DNA from: a virus
Taxonomy: Duplodnaviria; Caudoviricetes
Virus record (IMG/VR): IMGVR_UViG_3300006879_000012
Location: 1-32,538 of that record
Strand: one strand, 5' to 3'
DNA: 32,538 nucleotides
This document shows, piece by piece, positions 16,612 to 24,816 of this stretch. Every line of letters begins with the position of its first letter. Positions within the stretch are counted from its first letter, which is position 1. The position numbers and the translations under genes were made by a program. The notes beneath the pieces are model-generated. The model ran no database searches. It was given only the letters and a program-made list of their open reading frames with translations, and was not told where the DNA came from.

Positions 16612-16626
16612 CACCCGGAGCAACCC

Positions 16627-16848
16627 ATGATCCACACAAAAAACACCGCCGAGACAAACGACTTCGCCAGCAAGCTCGGCGCTGCCATTGCCGATGCCGC
16701 GCGCCGGCGCCGCGCCGACAAGCTGCAAATGCTGGCGCACAAGGCCATGGGCGCGCATGCCGCCACCGGCGATGCGCGCTATCGCGAGGCCGCCAACAAC
16801 GCCTGCGACCAGGCCGCGCGCCTGGCACACAACGCCGGCGCCCACTGA
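16627..16848 (+). CDS. Hypothetical protein (paralogue of next gene)
   Basis: RBS GGAG; 19/51 ungapped identities with 16874-17116. Confidence 0.7.
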   Translation: MIHTKNTAETNDFASKLGAAIADAARRRRADKLQMLAHKAMGAHAATGDARYREAANNACDQAARLAHNAGAH

Positions 16849-16873
16849 ACCCACACCAACCGAGGAGAGCCCA

Positions 16874-17116
16874 ATGCCCCAACAGGAAGCCACTGCCCGC
16901 ACACCCGCGCGCACCGAGAAATATGCCCGCGTGCTCGATGCGCAGATCAAGCAGGCGCTCGATCGCAACGACAGCAGCCAGCTGCGCCTGCTGGCCGAGC
17001 GCGCCCTGGGCGCCTATTTCGTCACCGGCTGCGCGCGCCTGAGCCACCTGGCCCAGGTCGCCCACCACAGCGCCGACCATGTGCGCCGCCAGCGGAGGCT
17101 GCGCCATGTGCACTGA
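16874..17116 (+). CDS. Hypothetical protein (80 aa)
   Basis: RBS GAGGAG; paralogy with the previous gene supports both frames. Confidence 0.72.
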   Translation: MPQQEATARTPARTEKYARVLDAQIKQALDRNDSSQLRLLAERALGAYFVTGCARLSHLAQVAHHSADHVRRQRRLRHVH

Positions 17117-17450
17117 GCACGACCCGCACGGCACTAGCCAGCACGCGCCCGGCGCCAAGATGGACGCCGACAAGCCCATGCCGCGGCTGGTTCTGCAGGC
17201 AATGCCGCGCGCCCTGCTGGCCGTGGCCGAGATCGGCACCTTTGGCGCGCAGAAATACAGCGAGGACGGCTGGCAGTTCGTGCCCGACGGCATCAATCGC
17301 TACACCGATGCCCTGCTGCGCCACGCGCTGCAGGAGGGCACCGAAGCGCTCGACCCCGACAGTGGCATGCCGCATGCGGCGCATGTGGCATGGAACGCCC
17401 TCGCGCGCCTGGAGCTCATGCTGCGCCAGCTCGACGAGGCCAGGCCATGA
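17106..17450 (+). CDS. dATP/dGTP diphosphohydrolase-domain (DUF5664-like) protein
   Basis: GAK.D..K, V.....FGA.KY...W, RY.DAL.RH, DPDSG.PH.AH.AWN.L. Confidence 0.85.
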   Translation: MCTEHDPHGTSQHAPGAKMDADKPMPRLVLQAMPRALLAVAEIGTFGAQKYSEDGWQFVPDGINRYTDALLRHALQEGTEALDPDSGMPHAAHVAWNALARLELMLRQLDEARP

Positions 17451-17842
17451 CCTACCGCAACCCGTATCAGCGCGCCCGCGTGCGCCAGCCCGCCCTGCCG
17501 ACCGATCGGCGCGGCCCCGACATCGTCATTCGCGACCAGCCGCCGCCCAAGGCCACGCGACGCCAGCACGGCCCGCGCCACATGCCCGACGCGCACCGTA
17601 TCCTGCCCGCCGCGCCGGAGGAGCCCTGGGCCGAGACGGCGATCGACATCACCCGCCTCGACCGGCGCGACCCCGCCCAGCGCCGCCAGATCAACAACGC
17701 CTGGCGCGCGCTCAAGGCCGCCGCGCCGGCCGAAGCCGAACACCTGCGCCAGCTGTTCCCGCAGCTGCGCAAGCACTTCCCGCAAGCCGGCATCGAGGTG
17801 CCGGCCGCAACCCTGGAAGACCCTGAACCCACCGAGGAGTAA
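17447..17842 (+). CDS. Hypothetical protein (131 aa)
   Basis: ATGA coupling; backbone-like codon usage. Confidence 0.6.
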   Translation: MTYRNPYQRARVRQPALPTDRRGPDIVIRDQPPPKATRRQHGPRHMPDAHRILPAAPEEPWAETAIDITRLDRRDPAQRRQINNAWRALKAAAPAEAEHLRQLFPQLRKHFPQAGIEVPAATLEDPEPTEE

Positions 17843-17856
17843 ACCGAGGAGAAACC

Positions 17857-18426
17857 ATGAACAGCAAACGCATCCATATTTCCATCGCCTTTGGCGATGC
17901 CATTCTGCCAGTCATCGACTGCGACGACGGCCACCAGCGCGTGCCGCTCAAGCCGATTGCCGATCAAGTCGGGCTCGACTGGCGCACGCAGAAGCGAAAA
18001 ATACTCAACGACGACTATCTGACCGAGCGTTTGGGCGTGGTTATGGGGGAGGCTAGCCTCCCTCAGATGGCCAAGCTGGGCCTGAAAAAAGACCAATACT
18101 TGATCCGAATGGATCGCGTAACGGCCTTTTTGAACATGTTGAACCCCCGGATGATCGCGGCGCTCGGCAATCAACAGGCCGCCGACTGGCTGAAAGACAA
18201 GCATCGCGAGTGGGACGACGTCCTGCATGCCTACGAAACCAAGGGCGGCGGCGCCAAGAACAGCCAGCACCAGGGCATCAAGGAGATCAAAGAGCTCATC
18301 AACGCCCGCGAAAAGGCGAGCGCGCAGGAAAAGCGCTGGCTCACCTGGCTCATCGCCGCGCAGGCAAGCGAGCTCGGCATCCCCGAACAGCTGCTGGCAG
18401 GCGACCAGCAACAACTGCCGCTCTAG
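17857..18426 (+). CDS. Antirepressor-like protein (P22 Ant N-terminal domain)
   Basis: I.FG...L.V.......VPLKPI...VGLDW..Q..KI; RBS GAGGAG. Confidence 0.82.
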   Translation: MNSKRIHISIAFGDAILPVIDCDDGHQRVPLKPIADQVGLDWRTQKRKILNDDYLTERLGVVMGEASLPQMAKLGLKKDQYLIRMDRVTAFLNMLNPRMIAALGNQQAADWLKDKHREWDDVLHAYETKGGGAKNSQHQGIKEIKELINAREKASAQEKRWLTWLIAAQASELGIPEQLLAGDQQQLPL

Positions 18427-18435
18427 GAGATCACT

Positions 18436-18972
18436 ATGGCTTACCCACAAACCATCAAACGCTCGTCGCCGACGCTGGCCATGGCGCTGCTCGGCATGAC
18501 TCTGTTGTTCGCCGGTCTGCTGGCGCTGGTCGTGTTCCTGCTGCTGCGCCCCGGCGTCTATGGGCACGAACAAATAACCATTTACAACCAGGTGCCTTGC
18601 TGCTGCGCGCAGGCGCGCCAGTGCCCGCTGCCGGCGCAGCTGCCGCTCGGCGCGCCGCCGCCAGACGCCAGCCCGGCGCCCAGCCTGCAGACAGCGCCGC
18701 GTGCCGAGACAGTGCCCGCCGCCCAGGCTCCAGCACCGCCACCGCACGAGCCGGCCGAGCGCACCACCCGCACGCACCGCGCGCCACCGACGCGCACATC
18801 CTGGCTCGACCAACTGCCGCCCTGGCACGACTCGCCCGGCCTCGTGCCGGGCAGCGTCGAGCCCCTGCCCGAGCGCGTCACTCTCGTTGCCGAGCCCGCG
18901 GCCATGCCGCTGTACGCCATCGCCGTGCTCGCGCTACTCGGCCTGGCCGAGCGCCTGCGACGGCGCAAGTAA
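18436..18972 (+). CDS. Pro-rich exported/membrane protein with PEP-CTERM-like C-terminal sorting signal
   Basis: RBS AGGAG; N-terminal hydrophobic helix; ends VAEP + hydrophobic helix + RLRRRK. Confidence 0.7.
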   Translation: MAYPQTIKRSSPTLAMALLGMTLLFAGLLALVVFLLLRPGVYGHEQITIYNQVPCCCAQARQCPLPAQLPLGAPPPDASPAPSLQTAPRAETVPAAQAPAPPPHEPAERTTRTHRAPPTRTSWLDQLPPWHDSPGLVPGSVEPLPERVTLVAEPAAMPLYAIAVLALLGLAERLRRRK

Positions 18973-19006
18973 CCACCCATCAACCCATGCAACACAAGGA
19001 ACACCC

Positions 19007-19246
19007 ATGGCCGACCACGTAGACCAGGGCAACCGCTACGCCCAGCAGATGATCGACCAGGCCATCGCCAACCGCACGCGCTACCGCGGCACCAGCCGCA
19101 CGCACTGCGCCGACTGCGAAGAACCAATCCCACCCGGCCGGCGCCAGGCCGTGCCCGGCTGCACCCGCTGCGTCGAGTGCGAGGAGCTCGCCGGCCGGCG
19201 GCGCGCGGCGAGCGCAACTGATAAACCATACTGGAGCAAACCATGA
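19007..19246 (+). CDS. TraR/DksA C4 zinc-finger protein
   Basis: MAD..D, CADCEEPIP..RR.AVPGCTRCVEC. Confidence 0.92.
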   Translation: MADHVDQGNRYAQQMIDQAIANRTRYRGTSRTHCADCEEPIPPGRRQAVPGCTRCVECEELAGRRRAASATDKPYWSKP

Positions 19247-19578
19247 GCAAGAGGATTACAGCCACGTATCACGACACCGGGCGGCGAGAATGCCCGTATT
19301 GCGGGCACAAGTGGCACGTCGAGGCTGAGGAATACGACGAGCGCGCACGCGCCGAGGAGTGCGACGAATGCGGCAAGGGTTTCTATGCTTACGAGAACAT
19401 TTCCGTGGCGCACGTGGCCCGGCCCGATTGCGAGCTGAACGGCGAGGAGCACGAGTGGGAAACCATGGGGATTGGCAACGGCAAGACGCATCTGTTTTGC
19501 GCCAAGTGCAGCCGGTGCCATCCAGGCATCGTGCCATCGCTGGAGGAATTTTTAGCATCGGAAGGCGAAAACAAATGA
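19243..19578 (+). CDS. Cys-rich zinc-binding hypothetical protein (111 aa)
   Basis: CPYC, CDEC, C...H...CAKC; RBS GGAG; ATGA overlaps at both ends. Confidence 0.7.
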   Translation: MSKRITATYHDTGRRECPYCGHKWHVEAEEYDERARAEECDECGKGFYAYENISVAHVARPDCELNGEEHEWETMGIGNGKTHLFCAKCSRCHPGIVPSLEEFLASEGENK

Positions 19579-19769
19579 AACAGGCAAACGACCCATTCAT
19601 CGGCCCGCGCGGCTACGGTGCCACGGATGCCGTGAGCCGCATCGAGATGGTTGCGCGCTTCGATGCGGCGCAATGCCAGGCGGCGCTGGCCGTGCCTGGT
19701 CTGCAGAAGACTGTGGAGCGCAAGATCCACACGCGCCTGCGCCAGCTCGAGCGCCAGGCACGGCAATGA
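19575..19769 (+). CDS. Hypothetical protein (64 aa)
   Basis: ATGA overlaps at both ends. Confidence 0.6.
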   Translation: MKQANDPFIGPRGYGATDAVSRIEMVARFDAAQCQAALAVPGLQKTVERKIHTRLRQLERQARQ

Positions 19770-20104
19770 CGCCCATCGCCATCACCATCAAGGAGGCGGC
19801 CAGGCTGCTGGCCGTCTCCGAGCGCACGATCCGGCGCATGCTGGACGCAGGCGAGCTGGACGCGGTAAAAATACGGGGCGCGACGCGCGTTTTATATGCC
19901 AGCCTCGAGAATCTATGCCATACAAAAAGAGCGACAGCCCCTACTGGTACGCAAGTTACGTCGACGCGCGCGGCAAAAGAATTAGACGCTCAACTGGCAC
20001 TACGGATCGGCGCGAAGCGGCGGCGCTCGAAGGCAAGTGGCGCGCCGAAGTCCACCAGCAGAAAAAATGGGGCGCATCCCCGCGTTATACCTTTGAAGAG
20101 CTGA
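19766..20104 (+). CDS. xis: Excisionase-family winged HTH protein
   Basis: TIKEAARLLAVSERTIRRMLDAGEL; directly upstream of and overlapping int. Confidence 0.85.
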   Translation: MTPIAITIKEAARLLAVSERTIRRMLDAGELDAVKIRGATRVLYASLENLCHTKRATAPTGTQVTSTRAAKELDAQLALRIGAKRRRSKASGAPKSTSRKNGAHPRVIPLKS

Positions 20105-20946
20105 TCAGCAAATACCTCGCTGCCACGACGAGCAAGAAATCCACCGAGCGCGACGCCTATGCCATCCAGGCGTTGCGCCCTTATTTTGCCGGGCTGGCCA
20201 TTGCCGACATCACCGGCGAGCAGGTGGCAGACTACAAGCAGGCGCGGCTGCAGGAAGTCGCCGTCGGCACGCTCATCAAAGAAATGATCACGTTTTCGGC
20301 AGCGATCAATCACGCCAAAAAGGAGTGGGACTGGCGCCTGCCCAACCCCATTGCCGGGCGCATCCCCGCGCAGCCAAAGGGTCGCATCCGCTGGATCACC
20401 CCGGACCAGGCCGCGCGCCTTGTCGATGCGGCACGCCAAAACAAGCGCGCCCCCCATCTCGCCGACATGATGCTGCTAGCGCTGCACGCCGGCCTGCGGC
20501 ATCGCGAGTTGCTCAACCTCACCTGGAACCGCGTCGATCTCGAGCAGCACCTCATCTACCTGGATGCCGACGATCAAAAAAACGAAGATGTCAGCGCCGT
20601 GCCGCTCAACCGCATCGCCACCGCCGCGCTGCGCGCGCGCTGCGGCATCCACAAGACGCATGTCTTCAGCTACCAGGGCAAGCCCATCTTCTCGGCCAAG
20701 AAATCATTCCGCAGCGCCTGCCGCGCCGCCGGCATCGACGATTTCACCCCGCACGACCTGCGCCACACCTGCGCCAGCTGGATGGTTCAGCGCGGCGTGC
20801 CGCTGACCGCCGTCAAGGAAGTGCTGCGCCACAAATCCATCCAGACCACCCTGCGCTACGCCCACCTAGCTCCCGAAAACGCCCGCGCCGCCGTCGCCGC
20901 CCTCGACTGGCCCAACCCCGAACAGCCCGAGTCCAAGCGCGCTTGA
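19915..20946 (+). CDS. int: Tyrosine integrase (343 aa)
   Basis: GKRIRRSTGT arm-binding region; AGLRHREL, HDLRHT, LRHKS, RYAH catalytic motifs. Confidence 0.96.
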   Translation: MPYKKSDSPYWYASYVDARGKRIRRSTGTTDRREAAALEGKWRAEVHQQKKWGASPRYTFEELISKYLAATTSKKSTERDAYAIQALRPYFAGLAIADITGEQVADYKQARLQEVAVGTLIKEMITFSAAINHAKKEWDWRLPNPIAGRIPAQPKGRIRWITPDQAARLVDAARQNKRAPHLADMMLLALHAGLRHRELLNLTWNRVDLEQHLIYLDADDQKNEDVSAVPLNRIATAALRARCGIHKTHVFSYQGKPIFSAKKSFRSACRAAGIDDFTPHDLRHTCASWMVQRGVPLTAVKEVLRHKSIQTTLRYAHLAPENARAAVAALDWPNPEQPESKRA

Positions 20947-20950
20947 CACC

Positions 20951-21175
20951 GTGACCAAATAGTGACACAAATATGTCCGCCAACGTCCAAATCAGTCACT
21001 TACAGTCACTCCAAGCCACACGACAAAGCATAACCCATTGTATTACCGAATGTTTTACGCGCCCTATGATTTCACACGGCAGGGGTCGCTGGTTCGAACC
21101 CAGCACCGCCCACCAAATCAAGCACTTACAGAGCATTTTTTTAGACTCAAAAGAACAGTGACCAAATAGTGACAC
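20951..21175 (+). repeat. attP arms: 18-bp direct repeats and IHF-like sites
   Basis: GTGACCAAATAGTGACAC at 20951 and 21158; WATCARNNNNTTR matches at 20990 and 21116. Confidence 0.8.
21071..21115 (+). other. attP core: 3' half of tRNA-Val(CAC)
   Basis: TTCACAC anticodon loop, GGCAG, GGGTC, T-arm GCTGG-TTCGAAC-CCAGC, ACCGCCC-ACCA. No 5' half upstream, so it is not a complete tRNA. Confidence 0.9.
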
Positions 21176-21273
21176 GTTTTGTCCGTTTGAGTCCCAATAT
21201 AGGTGCTGCACTAACCGTTGCTATCGAATAACACAAAGTACCGCGCACGCGCCACGCGCGCGGAGAAGCCGCA

Positions 21274-21609
21274 TTAAAAAATTTCGGCGTCGGAAAAGAG
21301 TAATAAAAGTGATGCAATGCCAGAAAATAGCGCAACCAACTGAAACAGCACAACAATACAAACAAAGCAAAAGGTAATAATTAAGTGATGAAAGAGTAAT
21401 ACATTACCTTTTGCAAAACGTGATTTGACCTCAAAACGACCCGTATAAAAATCAACGAGTTACGGCAAAAGGTGATGAATATCACTTTTGCATTACGCGT
21501 TTATTACCTTTTCAAATTTGCCAAAATATACTGGCCTGACAGAAGGTTATTGACGTCTCGCGCGACTCCATCACTATTATTACTCTTTTCCGACGCCGAA
21601 ATTTTTTAA
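21274..21609. repeat. AT-rich region bounded by a 41-bp inverted repeat with internal GTRAT iterons; probable replication origin
   Basis: 21274-21314 and 21569-21609 are reverse complements with 1 mismatch; multiple AAARGTRAT-like repeats; IHF-like site at 21450. Confidence 0.65.
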
Positions 21610-21766
21610 CACCGAGAACGATAAAGACGGAAACTGCGGGTATCCCCTGTAACTATCTGTACTGGAATAGATATTCCAGAAATCAGCCACGCTTAGATTG
21701 AGCAGCCATTCCTGCCCGTTCGCTGGATTGCAGGAATCTTCAAAAACACGACCCGAAAAACTCGCA

Positions 21767-21785
21767 GGCGGGGCGAGGTGGCGAC
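21767..21785 (+). other. P2-like cos (19-nt cohesive end)
   Basis: AAAAACTCGCA|GGCGGGGCGAGGTGGCGAC|TGCGCGC next to the portal 3' end; resembles P2 GGCGAGGCGGGGAAAGCAC followed by TGCGCGC. Confidence 0.75.
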
Positions 21786-21811
21786 TGCGCGCGGTTGCTG
21801 GTGGCGGGCGT

Positions 21812-21838
21812 AAAAAAGCCGCGCCTGGCGGCGCGGCT
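21812..21838 (-). terminator. Intrinsic terminator after portal gene
   Basis: AGCCGCGCC-GCCA-GGCGCGGCT followed by a T-run on the minus strand. Confidence 0.8.
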
Positions 21839-21865
21839 GAGGTGGAGTGGCCTGGCGGCGGGCGG

Positions 21866-22882
21866 TCAGGTTGTGGCGGTTTCGTCGGCGGCGATCTGGT
21901 AGGGACGGAAGGTGATGATTTGCTTGCCGGCAAGCTCGTTGAGCTCCGTGAACTTCTCCTGCAGCGGCACGAGCTCGTTGGCGACGAACACGCGCGCGGA
22001 TTTCTCGACGTCGCCGAAGCCGGCGGTATTCTGCGGGATGATACCCATGAGCTGGGGCGGGATGCGGTGCCCTGCGAGCTGGTCGTCGCGGGTGATGCTC
22101 TTGATGTTGTAGAAGTCGTCTTTGGCGGCGACTTCGGATATGGGGATCAGCTGGATGCCGTCCTTCTTGCCCTTGGGCGAGTACATGAACAGGTTGCGGA
22201 AGTTACCCGGGCCCTTGCTTTCCTTGAGCGCCTCGCGCATGGCGTCGATGTCCTCCTGGTTCTGAGCCGGATCGTTGACGTAGAGGATATAGCCAGCGTG
22301 GCTGCCGTTGAGATAGTAGCGGCGCCGGAACAGCGTCGCGGATTCGCTCAGCCAGGCCGACTGCAGCGCGCCCAGGTAGTCCGGCAGGCCGTAGATGTCC
22401 TGATCGATGTCGGGTTCCATGAAATGCACCACCCGGCCCTTGGGCAGCTCCGCGCTGGCGAGATAATTCGGCGCCCACCAGTAACGATCCGCCTGCGCGC
22501 CGCCGCGGCGCATGTACTTCGCCGCCAGGCGCCGGTACGGCAACTGGCGGCCCGTGCGTGCGCGCATCTCCTCCAGATAGCCGTTGCCGAAGGTCAGGTA
22601 ATCCAGCGCCAGCGCGCGGAAGGTTTCGCGATCCAGCAGGGGATGGGGCCTGAATGTGGAGGCCAGGATGTTGCGCTTGACCTGGATGGCCGAGCCATGA
22701 TGCGCCGTTGCCCGGTACGTCTGCGCCAGCACTCGGAACGACACCGGCGGCTCGTACCACTCATTGGGCGACAGCCACAGCCCTTCGTAGATGATGTCGC
22801 GCAGCGACGTGACCGGCGTCGGCTCGCCGAACGTGAAAGCCTCGGCCTGCGCGGCCTGGGCATGAGTTTGCGTTTCGCTCAT
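21866..22882 (-). CDS. Q: Portal protein
   Basis: FTFGEP, WYEPPVS, YYLNGSHAGYI, SKGPGNFRNLF, HRIPPQLMG. Confidence 0.97.
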   Translation of the reverse strand: MSETQTHAQAAQAEAFTFGEPTPVTSLRDIIYEGLWLSPNEWYEPPVSFRVLAQTYRATAHHGSAIQVKRNILASTFRPHPLLDRETFRALALDYLTFGNGYLEEMRARTGRQLPYRRLAAKYMRRGGAQADRYWWAPNYLASAELPKGRVVHFMEPDIDQDIYGLPDYLGALQSAWLSESATLFRRRYYLNGSHAGYILYVNDPAQNQEDIDAMREALKESKGPGNFRNLFMYSPKGKKDGIQLIPISEVAAKDDFYNIKSITRDDQLAGHRIPPQLMGIIPQNTAGFGDVEKSARVFVANELVPLQEKFTELNELAGKQIITFRPYQIAADETATT

Positions 22883-24666
22883 CCGGAAATCTCCAGCATG
22901 GATTCGTGATTGGTCTCGCCGCCATCCAGCGGCTCGGCATACAGCGCGTGCATGGTCGCCCAGGCCAGCTCGGCATGGCCGGTTTCGCCCGAGCGGCTGG
23001 CGTGATACGTCATCTGCCGGCCGCTCGCGGTCGCGACGCGGCGAATGGCCATGAACGACTGCGCCAGATCCGCCCAGCCGGCATCGAACTCGAAGCGCTG
23101 GCGGCGGATCATCTGCTGCGCCTGCATCACCATCTGCGCCTTGATTTGCGCTGTGTACGTGATGCGCACCAGCGTCGGGAAGAATTTCTCCACATGTTGC
23201 GCCACCCCCTCACCCATGCCCGTGACATCGATGCCGATATGCTCGACATGGAAGCGGCTGCAGCACTCGCGGATGAACGCCGCCTGCGCCTCATAATCCT
23301 GGCCGCGCAGCTTGTGCCGCTCCAGCGCCCGATGCGTGCCGCCCGGCGTCGCGCTCGGCAACACCACCACCAGGCCAGCCCCGTCGCCCTGCAGTGATTC
23401 GCTGCCCGGATCATAGCCCAGCCACACCGGCGCATCGCCCACCGGGCGCGGCGCGAACGGGCGCACGTCATCCCAGGCATCCCAGCTGTCGACCATGCAG
23501 GATTGCATCGTCAGCAGCGGGAACGCCGACAGCGTGTCGTCCACGAACTCGCACTCCAGCAGGTTCGCGAACTCCTCGGCCGAATACTCATTGCGCAGCT
23601 GCTCTAAGTCGAACAAATTGCACCCCTTTGCCAGCGCATCATGCACGGTCACGATCTGGCGCCACTGGCCATCCTCACACGCCCGCCCGCCGGACAGCGC
23701 CGCATGCGACACATCCAAGTCGATATGCTCCGCGCGCGGGCGCCCACGGTTGTACAGCTTACCGGTCCAGAACGGATATGCCTCGTGGCCAATGCTCGAT
23801 GGCGTCGAGATATATGTCTGGCGCCACTTCTTGTGCATCGCCATACCCGACACCACGCGCCGGAACTCCTGGAATCCCTGCACCCAGAAATACTCGTCCA
23901 GATACACATCGCCGTGATAGCCCTGCGCCGTCTTGCTGTTCGTGCCCAGGAAATGCAGCACCGCGCCATTGGTCAGATGGATCGGGCTGCCCTTGAGCTC
24001 CACGTCTGCCGCCTGCTGCACGAGCTGCACGATATAAGTGCGGAAAATATTCGCCTGGGCCTGCGACGCTGACAGGAAGATTTTGTTCTTGCCCGTCTCC
24101 AGCGCATCCACGATCGCCTCGCGCGCGAAATACCAGGTCGCTCCGATCTGGCGCGACTTCAACAGGTTGCGGATGCGATGCCGTTGCCCGGCCGCATACC
24201 ACTCGCGCTGGTAGCCGAACAGCTGGGCATGGAAGGCCTGCGCCACCGCCTCGACCTGGGCCGCGCTCAAATCGTTCTGGCGCCATTTCTTCTCCCGACG
24301 CACGCGCCCGCTGGCATAGCCGCGATTCTTCAACTTCGGGTTCAGATCCGCATTGTTGCCTGTCTTTTCGAACGAGCGCACGCGCGCGATGCGATCCATC
24401 TGCCGCCCGAGCAGGTCGATCTCCTTGAAATCCCCGGCCGTCTTGCGCTCCTTCACGATCAGCTGCACCAGGCGCGCCTCCAGCGCTCCTTCCACCCGAT
24501 CCACCGGACGCGCCTTCTCCCAGCCGTGGCGGCGCCGCCAGGTATAGATCGTCTGCGCCGGGATCTCCAGATACTCGGCGATGTCCGTGACCCGGTAACC
24601 CTGCCAGAACAAATGGCGCGCCAGCGTCAGCGGCCGCGGCGTGTTTTCATCGATTGCCTGCTCCAT
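22879..24666 (-). CDS. P: Terminase large (ATPase) subunit, 595 aa
   Basis: ARHLFWQG, LKSRQIGATWYFAREA, LDEYFW, STPS, GYDP, HAELAWA. Confidence 0.96.
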   Translation of the reverse strand: MEQAIDENTPRPLTLARHLFWQGYRVTDIAEYLEIPAQTIYTWRRRHGWEKARPVDRVEGALEARLVQLIVKERKTAGDFKEIDLLGRQMDRIARVRSFEKTGNNADLNPKLKNRGYASGRVRREKKWRQNDLSAAQVEAVAQAFHAQLFGYQREWYAAGQRHRIRNLLKSRQIGATWYFAREAIVDALETGKNKIFLSASQAQANIFRTYIVQLVQQAADVELKGSPIHLTNGAVLHFLGTNSKTAQGYHGDVYLDEYFWVQGFQEFRRVVSGMAMHKKWRQTYISTPSSIGHEAYPFWTGKLYNRGRPRAEHIDLDVSHAALSGGRACEDGQWRQIVTVHDALAKGCNLFDLEQLRNEYSAEEFANLLECEFVDDTLSAFPLLTMQSCMVDSWDAWDDVRPFAPRPVGDAPVWLGYDPGSESLQGDGAGLVVVLPSATPGGTHRALERHKLRGQDYEAQAAFIRECCSRFHVEHIGIDVTGMGEGVAQHVEKFFPTLVRITYTAQIKAQMVMQAQQMIRRQRFEFDAGWADLAQSFMAIRRVATASGRQMTYHASRSGETGHAELAWATMHALYAEPLDGGETNHESMLEISG

Positions 24667-24673
24667 GGCGCCA

Positions 24674-24772
24674 ATGCTGGCGCATTCCTGCGCGCACATC
24701 AGCCCGCAAAGCTGTAACACCCCGCCACTACAGGCAAAAGGCATTGAGCGCGCCGGCAATACAGCCGACCCT
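24674..24772. promoter_or_regulatory. Divergent late promoters PP/PO sharing one dyad
   Basis: CTGTA-N12-TACAG at 24712-24733; CGACCCT at 24766 (+); CAGCAT at 24679-24674 (-). Confidence 0.75.
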
Positions 24773-24816
24773 GAGCCCAACACTGTACCCAACCCGTGCC
24801 CCAACAGGACAAGCCC

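Noticed and set aside
13093-16968. Very long antisense ORFs (also 3509-4879, 6310-8052, and the 24667-26838 extension of terminase)
   Set aside because: Shadow frames of real genes in high-GC DNA, with no recognisable motifs.
19915-20946. Integrase as an integron integrase
   Set aside because: It lacks the IntI-specific insertion, has an arm-binding N-terminus, and sits beside xis and a tRNA-type attP.
21071-21115. Functional tRNA gene
   Set aside because: Only the 3' half from the anticodon loop is present.
20951-21609. CRISPR array
   Set aside because: The repeats are two att arms and an inverted pair, not regularly spaced direct repeats with spacers.
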